DNA from: Nemertoderma westbladi
Taxonomy: Eukaryota; Animalia; Xenacoelomorpha
NCBI GenBank assembly: GCA_032718475.1
Contig: JAUCBJ010008117.1
Location: 81,195 to 145,194, forward strand
DNA: 64,000 nt
Direction of reading: 5' to 3'
Notes under the pieces: generated by a model
The model's input: only the letters and a program-made list of their open reading frames with translations
Database searches by the model: none
What the model was told of the DNA's origin: nothing
Position numbers and translations under genes: made by a program
In this document: piece after piece, positions 10,871 through 22,050 of the stretch
Numbering within the stretch: position 1 is the first letter of the stretch
How the letters are laid out: each line of letters starts with the position of its first letter

Positions 10871-13800
10871 TAAAAAATAGCAAAGTCGACTATATATAAC
10901 TATTTCCTTCGATTAAGAAATATTTACACTTAATTGAAACAAAACACTCAGAAGCCAGATGTAATGGCATTGGTAATATTTGAAAAAATCAGTTTTAATA
11001 GCAACAATAATAAAGACGTTTTGAGATATGTTAAGATAATGCACATTGTAAGACAACTGAGTGTGAACTGAAACCTTTTTTCACGTAGGTCCAATGATAA
11101 AAATTATTATAATTTACATTCCGGAAACCGTTATCATATCTTTGACGCCTGGGGAACATGTGGAGAAATACCCTCAAACGCGAGCCGGCCGCATTAGCGC
11201 TGGTTGAAATCCAAGCGAGCCCTGATCGGCGCAACAACGGTGGGTGGATGTTGTGAATTATAACGCGAATAAAAAAAAAACGATTAATTGTCTCCGTTGG
11301 GAGAAGTTGAGGAAGCAGCCCAAGCCATGCAGTAGAATTGCTAAATATTTAACATACCTGTTTCGGCTGCAAAACGGCGTGATACATCTCCGGCGATACC
11401 TAGGCATTTGGAAGAAATGTTTACCAGTTTTCTTCGCTCTACCATAAAGCAATTAATACCTTATTAATTCAACGTAGATTAATTTAACTTACATACATTT
11501 TTGATCTGATTAATTACCTACAGACTGAGCAGGCTAACAAACACATTAGGAATTCGCTATTTTATGCAAAGCCAATGACCAATAGCACATTGCACTGTTA
11601 CACAAATCTGTAGTATTCTCACTATTTATCAAATAAATATTTTGACCAATCACAGGCCAGCCACAACACATCGATCTAACTTTGTTAAATGAAGCCTTGG
11701 TGGGATAAATATTTCTCCATTTGACGCAACACCGCCGCGGCCGCTATGAGGGAGGTGAATACCGCGGCCGCTCCTAAAGCCGCAGGCCATCGCTAACTAT
11801 ATAGGTTAACTTGGGATTCTGGGGGACTTTTCGATGAAGGAACTGACCAAATTTTTTTATTTTCTCACCAGGGGAGCGGCTCGGAATTCTAAGATATTAG
11901 CAACTCTAACATTATTAAATCTAACCCTTCGACGGACACGGCGGACAATAAACCGTCATTTTTTCGACAATTTTAAAATTTTTTTGAAAGGCGCTCTACA
12001 GTGGCTCGAAAAAACCCTAGGTTATTGCTTAGCCGACGCCGGGATACGATAGAAGGGATTAATTAGTGAATTCGTTTTTTTTTTTCAAAAAAGATTACCA
12101 CGCCTTTTTTCCGAAAATGTCCGTCAAAGTTGAAAAAACGGACAAAATGACTTTGCGGGATCCGCTATAACTCGGCTAATATTAATCGTACGGGGACGAA
12201 AGTAACGCGGTTGGAAAGGGGAAGAGTGGTACTACCTTCGTATCGAATGGGGGTAAGATATTTATTAAAATTTCGGGTGGAAAAAGGGGCTGTAAATTTG
12301 TACGTTTTTGTCCGTCTTTTTTGGAAAACTTATTTCCGAAATGTTTAATTCGACAACGCGGGTAGGAATCCACTAATTCTTTTATGAAACTCGTAGAAGA
12401 CCATTGGGGCTACGTTCCTATCGAATGGGGGTACAAAAAATATGTCGGCAATAGGGGCCAAAAAGGGCCAGAATTTGTAAAGTAGTTTTTATCGAATAAT
12501 TTTTTATTTTTAACTTTAGTTGGTTAAGGTACATTCTATACAGTCAATATCCATACGGGGAATTCAAATATGCTATCGGTTTTGCTCCAAGGATGATATT
12601 AAAAAAATGAGGGCCAAAATTATAATTTCGCGCTTCAAACTTGCTTCGCGGGAAATCGTCTAGCTCGAAAACTACTTAACTTACGGGAGATTTGTTTACA
12701 CAGACTTATAGTGCGTTAAATTATCTATCTAACAGCGTTAATCACAGCGCTGGGGAGGTATTATAAAACTGGAGCGGCAGGCGATCGTGTGAAATATAAT
12801 ATTTATAAAAAGGGACGAAAATTTTTTTTTTTAACAAATCGCTATTCCATTATAATTTAGCGTATTGCGCCAAAAGTACCTGTAAAAAGTATCAAATTAA
12901 CTCCGCTATCTTTTATCTTAACATATATAATTAAAATTACGAATTTTAAGGGTCGAAAAATATCGCGTTATTTTGGCCCTTTTTTTAAATTTTTTTGGGG
13001 CCCAAAATAACCCCTTCTCAAAAGATTAAGAAAAAAATTACGGCAAAGAATATACCAATTTTATTGAATTTGGACCACCAGAACCGAAGTTAGAGCGATT
13101 TTAGTGAAAAAATAAAAATAATTTTTTTTGCAAAAAAAATTAAGAATGGTCAGGTCAATATTGGATTTCGAACCCGCGAACTTAGGTTTCATTAACGTGA
13201 TTGATAACCACTAGAGTATGTGACCAAGAGAATTTGAAATTTTCGGGTGACTATTTTTAAACATCAATAACTTCGGTTCTACTGGGCCGTTTAATCTGAA
13301 ACTTTTTTCATTGGATAGAGGATAGATTGTAATTTGTGAAATAGGATACAACTTGGGAAAAGACGCATGTGCACTTAGTGCAAAATGCACTTAAATAGTG
13401 AACATTTTTTCGATATTTCAAACACTATTATTTCCAGTTCTATTCATCGTAGAATGTTATTTTTTGGATTAAAATGTAGTTTGGAATGATTTCTAACTAT
13501 AATCGTAACATTTGTTTAACTTTTTATGTCTATAAAGTGACTTAAAATATCCATGAATATGGTCCAAAATCGCAAATCCAGATTTATTAAATTGGATTTT
13601 TGACACTTTTAGCGAATGACACTTGATCATACACCATCGTAGATCGGTAGAGGATAAACATAAGTTTGTTAAATAAGAGCCACCATTACGATCTGCTAAA
13701 GTGCATTTATACAAATAAGTGTGCAAAAGTGCAAATTTTTTAATAAGGTCAAATTATATAGTATTGGGTTATTTTCTTTGCAGATACTTTATTTTCATAT

Positions 13801-14683
13801 TAATATGTTGTTTGAACCTTACTGAGCGCATTAGGGGATATGCGTACAAATAACCGGCCCTTATGAGGCTTCGATTGGGTAAATTAATAAAACATAAGGT
13901 TGTATAGTATAATATTCTAAAAACCAGTGTGATATTAAATGCACTTTAAATAATAAATAGAAATCAAATAACAATTGGAACACACAATTAAAAACTCGCA
14001 CAATTTTGTACTTATTATATCGCTTCAAATTAATTCAACAGTGGATATTTGGGGGAAGGGGGAAGTTACAGTGTGCATTCGGGGGAAGTTTGGTGAACTG
14101 CATTTATGCAGTGAATCCAAACTTCCCCCTTTGATATATCATATACTTAAGACATGCTAGGGTGACGGGGAAATATTTGTTACTGTCACACTTTGCTTCC
14201 ATTTATCCTATCCTTTATTATTACCCCAGTCAGATAAGAGATAATAAATCAGTAAAAACTAAACTGAACTGTCTTTCATGCAAACAAATTTCTAACTAAT
14301 GACCATGACCATGGAAATAATTTTAAATATAATTGTATATCAACTATTTGGGGAGGCTTCCAAGTTAAACCCGAAAACAATTATTTTGTTACATATATAG
14401 TAAATAACGTTGTATGTTCTTCTTCCTCTCATAATAAAATATAAATGAAATATCTCAGATAGCTATGCCCTGTAACATTTCACAACCAAAATATTTATGT
14501 GTGAAAAGTGTAGGCCTACCACACTCCGCCCAAACAACCGCAAACGCATAGCCAACAAATTTAACAAAAGGTTACATACATGTTGGGTTCATGACGAGAT
14601 GAGTGAAAATTGATCGCGTAATATAAAGTAAAAAATTAAGAGACGGGCTGGCTCTCCTCCACTTTCTTACCCAATGGATATGT

Positions 14684-14990
14684 TGTTGTAATAATCTAAT
14701 ATTGGGGCGGCTTTCTCTCGTTATTGGATTATTTAATAGGTTTATTTTTTATGTTTACATTTTTAAGGTGAAAACATTGAAATCAATTCTATTAGTGTAT
14801 TGTATTAATCATATGTGTTTGTATTGAAGGCAAACAAATTATGCGTCGATCATTACAGACTTATAAACTCTATAATTTCATAAAAATGAAATAAATAACA
14901 AGTAAGTAACTTGCAGGAAAATGTTCGTTAATGTGAAATAATAATTCTACATACTCCAAACAATGTATTTAGTTCATCACACATACAACA
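14684..14990 (-). mobile_element. 3' LTR of BEL/Pao element (307 bp)
   Basis: Perfect 7-bp inverted termini TGTTGTA...TACAACA and an AATAAA near the minus-strand 3' end. It is preceded on the minus strand by the PPT-like CTGGGACTGAG (14991-15001), just after the integrase stop. Confidence 0.7.
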
Positions 14991-15042
14991 CTCAGTCCCA
15001 GTGTATTTATTATTATTTATTTTACTAAATAATTATTAATTT

Positions 15043-16378
15043 TTAACCATCGACAGCCATCTCTAACAGACATAAACGCTGAACGGGGCGACATAGAACT
15101 GAAGTACCTGTTCTTACATGTACTGATCGCACGAATCCATCAGAACTAGGTAATACACTCTCAATTCTTCCGAGTTTCCATTTAAACCGTTTAGTATCCG
15201 GATCAGTAACCAAAACTAAATCTCCAACTGCTAAATTTCGACTTGGTTTGAACCATTTTTGTCGTGAGATTAAGAGTTGGATATAAGTATTCCGCCATAT
15301 TCTCCAGAATTGACTTGCAATATGCTGCGATTTGCGCCACATAGATCTGTACTGCACTTCATTCTCATTACCGTCATACATCTCATGTATCAATTTAATA
15401 GACTGCGGGAGTGCTGTTGTTCGACGCAACAGCAAATGATTGGGAGTAAGAGCCTCAGTAGAAGTTACATCGTCATTCAATGCACACAATGGGCGGTCAT
15501 TAATTAAATATTGTACCTCAGACAACGTAGTACGTAGCACCTCTTCAGTAACAAGTTTATGTTGAGAATGTCGTTTAGTTAATAAGGCGTTTAGTGTATC
15601 TTTTGTGGTCCTAATTAGACGTTCCCAGACGCCCCCGTGATGGCTTGCGGTTGGTGTTTGAAACTCCCATTCGATTTTTCCAATTACTTCATCAGGTATG
15701 CCAAGTTCTTTGGCTTGGATAAGTAAATTGTCAAGTTCTGTTTTACTGCCTCCAAAGTGGCTGCCTTGGTCAGAATAAATACGTTCGACGCCAGCATGGT
15801 TACAAATAAAGCGTCTGAGGACGCACAACAATGCATCTGCACTATAATTCATAGATAGATCTAATACTATGGCACGTGATATCATACATGTTAATAGTAC
15901 ACCGTAGCGTTTCTCTGACCCACGCCCCCGAACAACATACATAGGTCCGAATAAATCTACTCCAGTTCTGGAAAAGGGAGGAACATAACCAATTGTTCGT
16001 ACTGTCGGAAGCGGTGCCATCATCTGTGTAAGTGGCTGGGCGTATTTCTTGCGGCAGAATATACACTTACGTTGAATCGCCTTAACTAATCGGCGTAACG
16101 AATTTATACAGTAAGTTTTACGTACCTTTTGAACTGTATAGTCGATTCCTAAATGTCCAGTATTTATATGAATATCTCTTACAATTACCATAGATACGTG
16201 ATGCGAGGCAGGTAATATGATGGGAAATATAAAGTCATATTCTGAGGAGTCTATTAGTGGTATTCTAGAACCAACTCGGAGCAAACCATCCTTGCCGATG
16301 AATGGGTTAAGAATAGCTAGAGATCTGGGTAAGCGGGTAGTTTGTTTGTTTAACATCGATCTAATTATATCTCCATGA
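15043..16378 (-). CDS. BEL/Pao retrotransposon integrase region (5'-truncated pol)
   Basis: LNPFIGKDGLLRVGSRI, HHCC zinc domain (HINTGH...CIFC), DDE triad (GVDLFGP, YSDQGSHF, GVWER) and the BEL-type C-terminus FWRIW...RQKW...GDLVLV. Confidence 0.92.
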
Positions 16379-18751
16379 ATATGCAGTATATCCGATCCCC
16401 CGACAGGAGTGCCCGGTTCGGACGGTCTGGTGTGGCGTGCCACTGGCGATCTCGTGGAATTCAAAGACAATCTGGATATTATTTACAAGGGTCGATTGGA
16501 TTTTCAAATAAAACGCGTTGGAAAACGAATTAACCTGGAAGAAATAGAGGCTGTTATTGAATCACTTGAAGGCGTGAGCTGTTGCGCTGTTCTAGAACAC
16601 AAACATGACGAATTGGTAGCTTTTGTATCCGAACATCGTCCATTTGTTTCTTCCCATTCCGAGGGAATTGTTTCTCGGATTATGTGCGATCTTCGTTCCA
16701 GACTGCCTGAGTTTATGTTACCCGATTGCATTCTACTCATTGATTATGTCCCTCGAACAGATCACGGTAAAACAGACAGACAGTCACTAAGACATCGACT
16801 GCCCTCGAACTGCCACCTGCGAAGGCCTGTAAGTTCAACAGGTCCATCTTTTCGGACATCAATGCTGATGTTGGCGTCTGAGATTCTCGGTGTTTCTCTC
16901 ACCGATATCGACGACTACGCTTCCTTTACATCTCTGGGAGGCAACTCATTACAAGCTGTACGATTAGTCGACTCAATCAAGGACTATTTCCCCCGAATAG
17001 ATTTCGGGCGATTATTTAACAGTCTATTGACTAATCCATTATCTGAAGTTATTGAACATCGCTGGGAGTTTGCAAATCGTAAAACAAATACAAAACGAAA
17101 GCCCAGTGGGTCCTCCGTTGAAACTGTTGCGAAACGCATTAAGTACCACGCCGATACATCGGCAGGTTCTGCAAAACCTGTACAAGGAGATGAAATTACG
17201 AGATGTTCATCAATTGGAAGGCAATATTCGTTAACTTACACTACAGCCGGCACAGTTAGGCCAATGGGTCTACCGCAAGAGAAGCAGACAACAGGTAGTG
17301 AGAATTACACAAGTGTAAAAGAAAGTCCAGTCCGTATCTGCTTGGAGTGGAAGTTCTTTATGGAGAAGTGCGTAGACGCTAGTCCTACTTATCTGTCAAT
17401 CTGCGATGTAGCAACCATTACCGAAGTCGTATTCATCGGCTCACATTCCGGTCTGTTTTGTGCGATCTGCGAGAAATCCGGTGAGCTTGTCTGGTCCATC
17501 CGATTGGCCAATCGGATCGAGAGTTCAGCTGCCGTGGTCTGTGTCTCCCAGGCAACCGAGTCTGTGCGGCCCGTTGTAACAGTGGGTTGCTACGACGGCG
17601 TGATGTACGCTGCGGACGCCGCCACAGGGGCCGAGTGGTGGCAGTTCGCCACAGGTGGCGCTATTAAATCGTCGCCACGTCCCGATCCCTCTAGCCCCGG
17701 TATCGTCTACATTGGGTCGCACGACGGGCGCGTTTACTCGCTCGATGTAAGCGCCCGACGCTGTCTATGGTCCGTTGATATGGGCTCCCCGGTGTTCGGT
17801 TGTCCCACTGTGTCTTCTTATAATTGTCTCACAGAGTCTCATTCTGACAGTGCAACTATGCATTATCCTGCAGTGACCGCTGAGTCTCCCATTGTGTCCC
17901 ATCCTGATTACTCCACAATGTCCCCTCCTGGTTGTCCCATTGTGTCCCATCCTGATTACTCCACAGTGTCCCCTCCTGGTTGTCCCATTGTGTCCCATCC
18001 TGATTACTCCACAATGTCCCCTCCTGGTTGTCCCATTGTGTCCCATCCTGATTACTCCACAATGTCCCCTCCTGGTTGTCCCATTGTGTCCCATCCTGAT
18101 TACTCCACAGTGTCCCCTCCTGGTTGTCCCATTGCGTCCCACACTGATTGTCCCAATGTGTCCCAGTATTGCTGTGCAGCTACACTCTCAGGGCGGGTAT
18201 TCACTCTCCGCGCGGACGATGGCACCCCAATATGGACACGGACACTCCCCAAACCTGTGTTCTCGTCGCCCCTGGCTACCCGACGTGGTTTCGTGCTGGG
18301 CTGCGTCGACGGATACGTCTATCACCTAGGCAACCAAGACGGGTCTCTCATCTGGCACTACCTAGCGGGCGCGCCGATATTCTCTAGCCCGTGCTTGTTG
18401 CCCGGAGACGGTGGAAGTAAACCAGAGCTGGTGGTATTTGGTTGTCATGACAATCGCTTGTACGCCGTGGACTGTAGCCATGGTAATTGTGTGTGGCGTT
18501 ACGAGTTTACGACGGCGGTATACTCATCTCCGTTTGTCGGCTCCGACTCCGGCTCCGGTTGCGACGGTTTAGTTGCTGCGTGCAGCACAGACGGTCGGAT
18601 ATGTCTACTGGACAGAAGCGGAAGTCTACTCTGTTCTACTGAAGTCCCGGGTAATATATTCTCATCCCCTATAATAGTCTCACAGAGAATATACCTTGGG
18701 TGTCGTGATAACTTTATTTATTGTTTTGGTATTGTAGAATCGGGTAGATAA
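16379..18751 (+). CDS. AASDH: AASDH/ACSF4 (beta-alanine-activating enzyme): adenylation C-terminus, phosphopantetheine carrier and PQQ-type beta-propeller; 5' part absent
   Basis: RATGDLV and GRLDFQIKRVGKRINLEEIE (A7/A8), PRTDHGKTDR (A10), FTSLGGNSL (carrier Ser), then CVDASP, FIGSHS, RIESSA, IKSSP and IFSSP propeller repeats. The frame is closed upstream by TGA at 16376-16378. Confidence 0.9.
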   Translation: MCSISDPPTGVPGSDGLVWRATGDLVEFKDNLDIIYKGRLDFQIKRVGKRINLEEIEAVIESLEGVSCCAVLEHKHDELVAFVSEHRPFVSSHSEGIVSRIMCDLRSRLPEFMLPDCILLIDYVPRTDHGKTDRQSLRHRLPSNCHLRRPVSSTGPSFRTSMLMLASEILGVSLTDIDDYASFTSLGGNSLQAVRLVDSIKDYFPRIDFGRLFNSLLTNPLSEVIEHRWEFANRKTNTKRKPSGSSVETVAKRIKYHADTSAGSAKPVQGDEITRCSSIGRQYSLTYTTAGTVRPMGLPQEKQTTGSENYTSVKESPVRICLEWKFFMEKCVDASPTYLSICDVATITEVVFIGSHSGLFCAICEKSGELVWSIRLANRIESSAAVVCVSQATESVRPVVTVGCYDGVMYAADAATGAEWWQFATGGAIKSSPRPDPSSPGIVYIGSHDGRVYSLDVSARRCLWSVDMGSPVFGCPTVSSYNCLTESHSDSATMHYPAVTAESPIVSHPDYSTMSPPGCPIVSHPDYSTVSPPGCPIVSHPDYSTMSPPGCPIVSHPDYSTMSPPGCPIVSHPDYSTVSPPGCPIASHTDCPNVSQYCCAATLSGRVFTLRADDGTPIWTRTLPKPVFSSPLATRRGFVLGCVDGYVYHLGNQDGSLIWHYLAGAPIFSSPCLLPGDGGSKPELVVFGCHDNRLYAVDCSHGNCVWRYEFTTAVYSSPFVGSDSGSGCDGLVAACSTDGRICLLDRSGSLLCSTEVPGNIFSSPIIVSQRIYLGCRDNFIYCFGIVESGR
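17888..18135 (+). repeat. In-frame 48-bp coding minisatellite (PIVSHPDYST[M/V]SPPGC x5)
   Basis: Five near-identical 48-nt units followed by a degenerate sixth. Confidence 0.97.
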
Positions 18752-19667
18752 TCCCGCAAGTTAACAGCTGAACATATAAAACGGAATCAAAAAGATACAA
18801 CGATAAAACGAAAGTAGAAACAGAAATAATTGTAGTTTTTATTCTGTATTTTATTTCTTGCACTATATTAAAAAATAAAATTAACATCATTAAATAATAA
18901 TTTATAGTTTTAAATAATAATTTATATTAAAGGCCTTTTAAATTTTCCACACTATTTTTAAGTTACCTGGTTGAGGTGTTAGTCTGCTTATATTGTAGCC
19001 CTGTTGTGGTAAAGTTGTTTTATTTCCACCGGGACTGCGTGGAACTGAACTTCTTGTTATTCGTGATTGCATCTGTAAGTTTCCAACTCCATTGCTGTGC
19101 AATTAAAATAATAATGTAATCAAAATAATAAGGTCAGGGGTTTTCTAGAATATAGTAAAACTACATATTAGGTAATAATTTGTTGGACCTTTAATGCTAA
19201 TCTTTCTCACAAAACTATACTAATTAAGTTTAGAGTTGCTGTATCAGGTTGCAGGTATTTTAGCAGTTTACAGCTGCTAACCTGTTCAGGTACTGTTGTT
19301 TACAGTAACTGTATCATCATAAAAGGTAACGATTGATGCGATGCTACAAAATTTGGATTTTTATTTCCGAAAACAAATTTTCCCACAGAATAAAATCGTC
19401 GTGCACATGGCAGTTCCCCAAAGTAATTTTTTTTTTCAGATTTCCAAGTTTTTAAATTTTTTCGTTAATTCTATATATCGTAAGGTTTAAAAAATTCATA
19501 GACCCATAGAAAAAATTCATAGATTTAAACCCTAATATATCGAAATTTTCACCTGGCGGATCCCCTTTAGTTTTCAACCAGCTAAAAACGATTGGTAAAA
19601 CCGCGTAACTTTCTACAGCGCCGGAAGTTAAGGAGGAGGGTTGGGGTGGGTAGGGGGGGGGGTGCGG

Positions 19668-20110
19668 ACAATTCCGACCCATTCTGGGATCGAATGAGAT
19701 TTTCATAGGTCGGAATTGTCCGGATCCAGCATAGGACAATTCCGACCCAAATAATTAAAAAATAATAATAAATCATAATTTTATTTAACATTACATTGTA
19801 GTATTATTCAACATAATATTGCTGTATCCATGGATATTCTTCGTTCGAGACACGTTTACTATGTAATTTTATCGTTGTATTTTTACTTGTTTTTATTTTT
19901 TTATTTTTAATTAGTTGTACTTTTAGAATGGAGTGTATTCGGTACTAGTGTGTTTTGGGCTCACCCAAAAGAAAAATATTAATGTACTACAGTAGAACAC
20001 ATATTTTTGTTATTGATTAGCGGTAATTTCTATTAATTATTTTTATTTATTTGGATCCGGCCAATTCCGACCCATGAAAACTTCACTCTATCTCTGAGTG
20101 GGTCGGAATT
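19668..20110. mobile_element. MITE-like element with ~60-bp inverted arms
   Basis: CAATTCCGACCC...GGTCGGAATTGTCCGGATCCA is mirrored by TGGATCCGGCCAATTCCGACCC...GGGTCGGAATT. Confidence 0.55.
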
Positions 20111-20192
20111 ATCCTAACTTTGAGGGGGGGGGGGGGGGGTAATATCCTAGATTCGAGATAAGTGTAACATTTTTTTTATTTTATCAAATTTG

Positions 20193-20622
20193 TTAATGGC
20201 CCACCAGGCTCACATCCAAACCAATTGTGTTTTGTTGTATGCTGAGCGAGAAGAGTCGATTATATTGTGGGCGAGAAGATAGATCTTGAAAACTCATGGA
20301 TTTTTGTGATGAAGTTAGTCGTACAGTTTGAATATAGAAGTCACCGCGAGAAGTAGAGCGAATAGGGTAGTTATGTATTGTAGACGTTTCCCTAAATAAG
20401 TTTTGTAAAGTAGTTGGTAAGTTATTAGTGGCGGAATTTACTTCGTACATAAGTAGTCCTACTTGGTGCTTGTAAAGTAAGTCCAGTGGAAGAATAGAGA
20501 GAGATTTATAAATAGGGTTAGATGAATGAGTAATTGTGGGGCGAGCCACGAAGTTGGCGGAGCCTTAGCGAATTGACACTGTTAGGGGGTGGGTCAATTT
20601 ATGCAAATAGTTGTCGTCGTCG

Positions 20623-20653
<31 letters not shown>

Positions 20654-22050
20654 TACGATTTTGACATGCTAATAACTTTGTCGGATTTAAAGCTGCCAAG
20701 TTGAAAATTTGTAGGTATCAATATGAGCAAAAGTTGAGATTTTTGAGAGACTTTCAGACACCATCAGTGCAATGGTCTCCCGCTAGAGGGCCACATGTCT
20801 AAACATTAAATGCCCTCCCATTTCTTTGCTTTTAATCTGTTTAAGCTGAAACTTGGCAGATATGTCTTAGATCATTAGCTGTGACTTTCAAAGGAGGCGA
20901 ATCCATCTGCAGTTCTCCAGTCTGCCGCTAGAGGGCCAAAGGTCTGAAAGTGAAAACAACTAACGACGACAACTATTTGCATAAATTGACCCACCCCCCT
21001 AACAGTGTCAATTCGCTAAGGCTTCGCCAACTTCGTGCTGCGCGAAGTCCCCACTTCGTGTAACTTGAACTGGTTTAAGATAATTAGAATGGGTACTACC
21101 CCGTAGGAGAATACCGTACAAAAGGTAAGGGTGTATTAGAGAGTATTAGAGTTGTCTGAGGATATGTAGGGGAAATATATGACGTAGTTTGTAGAAAATG
21201 CCAGTTGATTTAGAATTTTTTTTTAATATAGTCAATGTGATGTTTCCAATTTTATTTATTATCAACATAAACTCATAAAAATTTTGTGCTATTAGTAATA
21301 CTTGTTATATTATTATTTATTTGAGATAATGTAAATCTGCAGGCTGTTGTGCACAAGGTTGGAAAACAGTGTAGCTTCGGTTTTTTGAGAGGTCATTAAT
21401 TAATATATATTAAAAAGAGAATAGGGGAACGAATTCCTCCCTGGGGCAAGCCATATACTAGCGGTAGTAAAGAGGAGCAGTAGTTGTCTATGGATATATA
21501 CTGTTGTCGAGATGATAGAAAGCTAGAGATTAGTTGAAGTGGGAGACCACACATATTTAGATAGATATAAGAGCAGTTGTGTGTTAATTATGTGTTCAAA
21601 TATTTTACTTAGAACTGTAAGAAGTGAGATTGGTCTGTAGTTGTTAGAGTCAGAAGGGTCATCAGATTTGTAAGAGGGAATAACTTTAGCTATTTGGAGC
21701 GACACGGGAAGAAACCTAGCCTAATGGAGAGATTGATTAAACGGCTTAGATAGATAATGACTTAGCCGCCAGGATTAATACAGTAGCTTAGTTGGGAATG
21801 AGTCATTAGTTGCGGTTTTAGGGTTTAACTGTAGCAGTAGGTATTCCACTTCCACGGGAGTAGTTTCAGCAAGGGAGAAATAGTTCGGACGTCGGGTGGA
21901 GTTAGGAATAAAACTGAGAGGGGAACGATTAGATGATGGGATTTCTTTATTTAGTTTAGGACCAACGGTAGAAAAATGGTTATTTAAAATAGTGGTTTCA
22001 ATTGTATTTCCGTTACGAGTAGTCATTTGTTTGGGAATGCTATGCATTCA
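20193..22050 (-). pseudogene. Decayed CR1/L2-group LINE RT fragments
   Basis: LNNHFSTVGPKL, AKVIPSYKSDD..NNYRPISLLTVLSKIFE and a C-terminal IHNYPIRS; many disablements. Confidence 0.75.
20535..21060. mobile_element. Non-autonomous element with ~70-bp inverted repeats and a (GTC)n microsatellite (Helentron/DINE-like), inserted in the LINE remnant
   Basis: The IR at 20547-20620 matches 20962-21037. The end motif TGTGGGGCGAGCC recurs at ~25880 (reverse) and ~42906. The internal part recurs inverted at ~31610-31975. Confidence 0.6.

Noticed and set aside
13160-13225. tRNA gene (B-box GGTTCGAAATCC on the minus strand; similar at 56090-56115 and 47400-47470)
   Set aside because: No complete cloverleaf forms; these are tRNA-derived pieces within repeats or SINEs.
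11700-13600. Probable non-autonomous DNA transposon body
   Set aside because: It looks repeat-like with short internal inverted segments, but I could not define termini, a TSD or coding remnants.
16379-18751. Bacterial NRPS or horizontally transferred gene
   Set aside because: The A-T-PQQ propeller order and motifs match eukaryotic AASDH, and the flanks are animal-type transposons.
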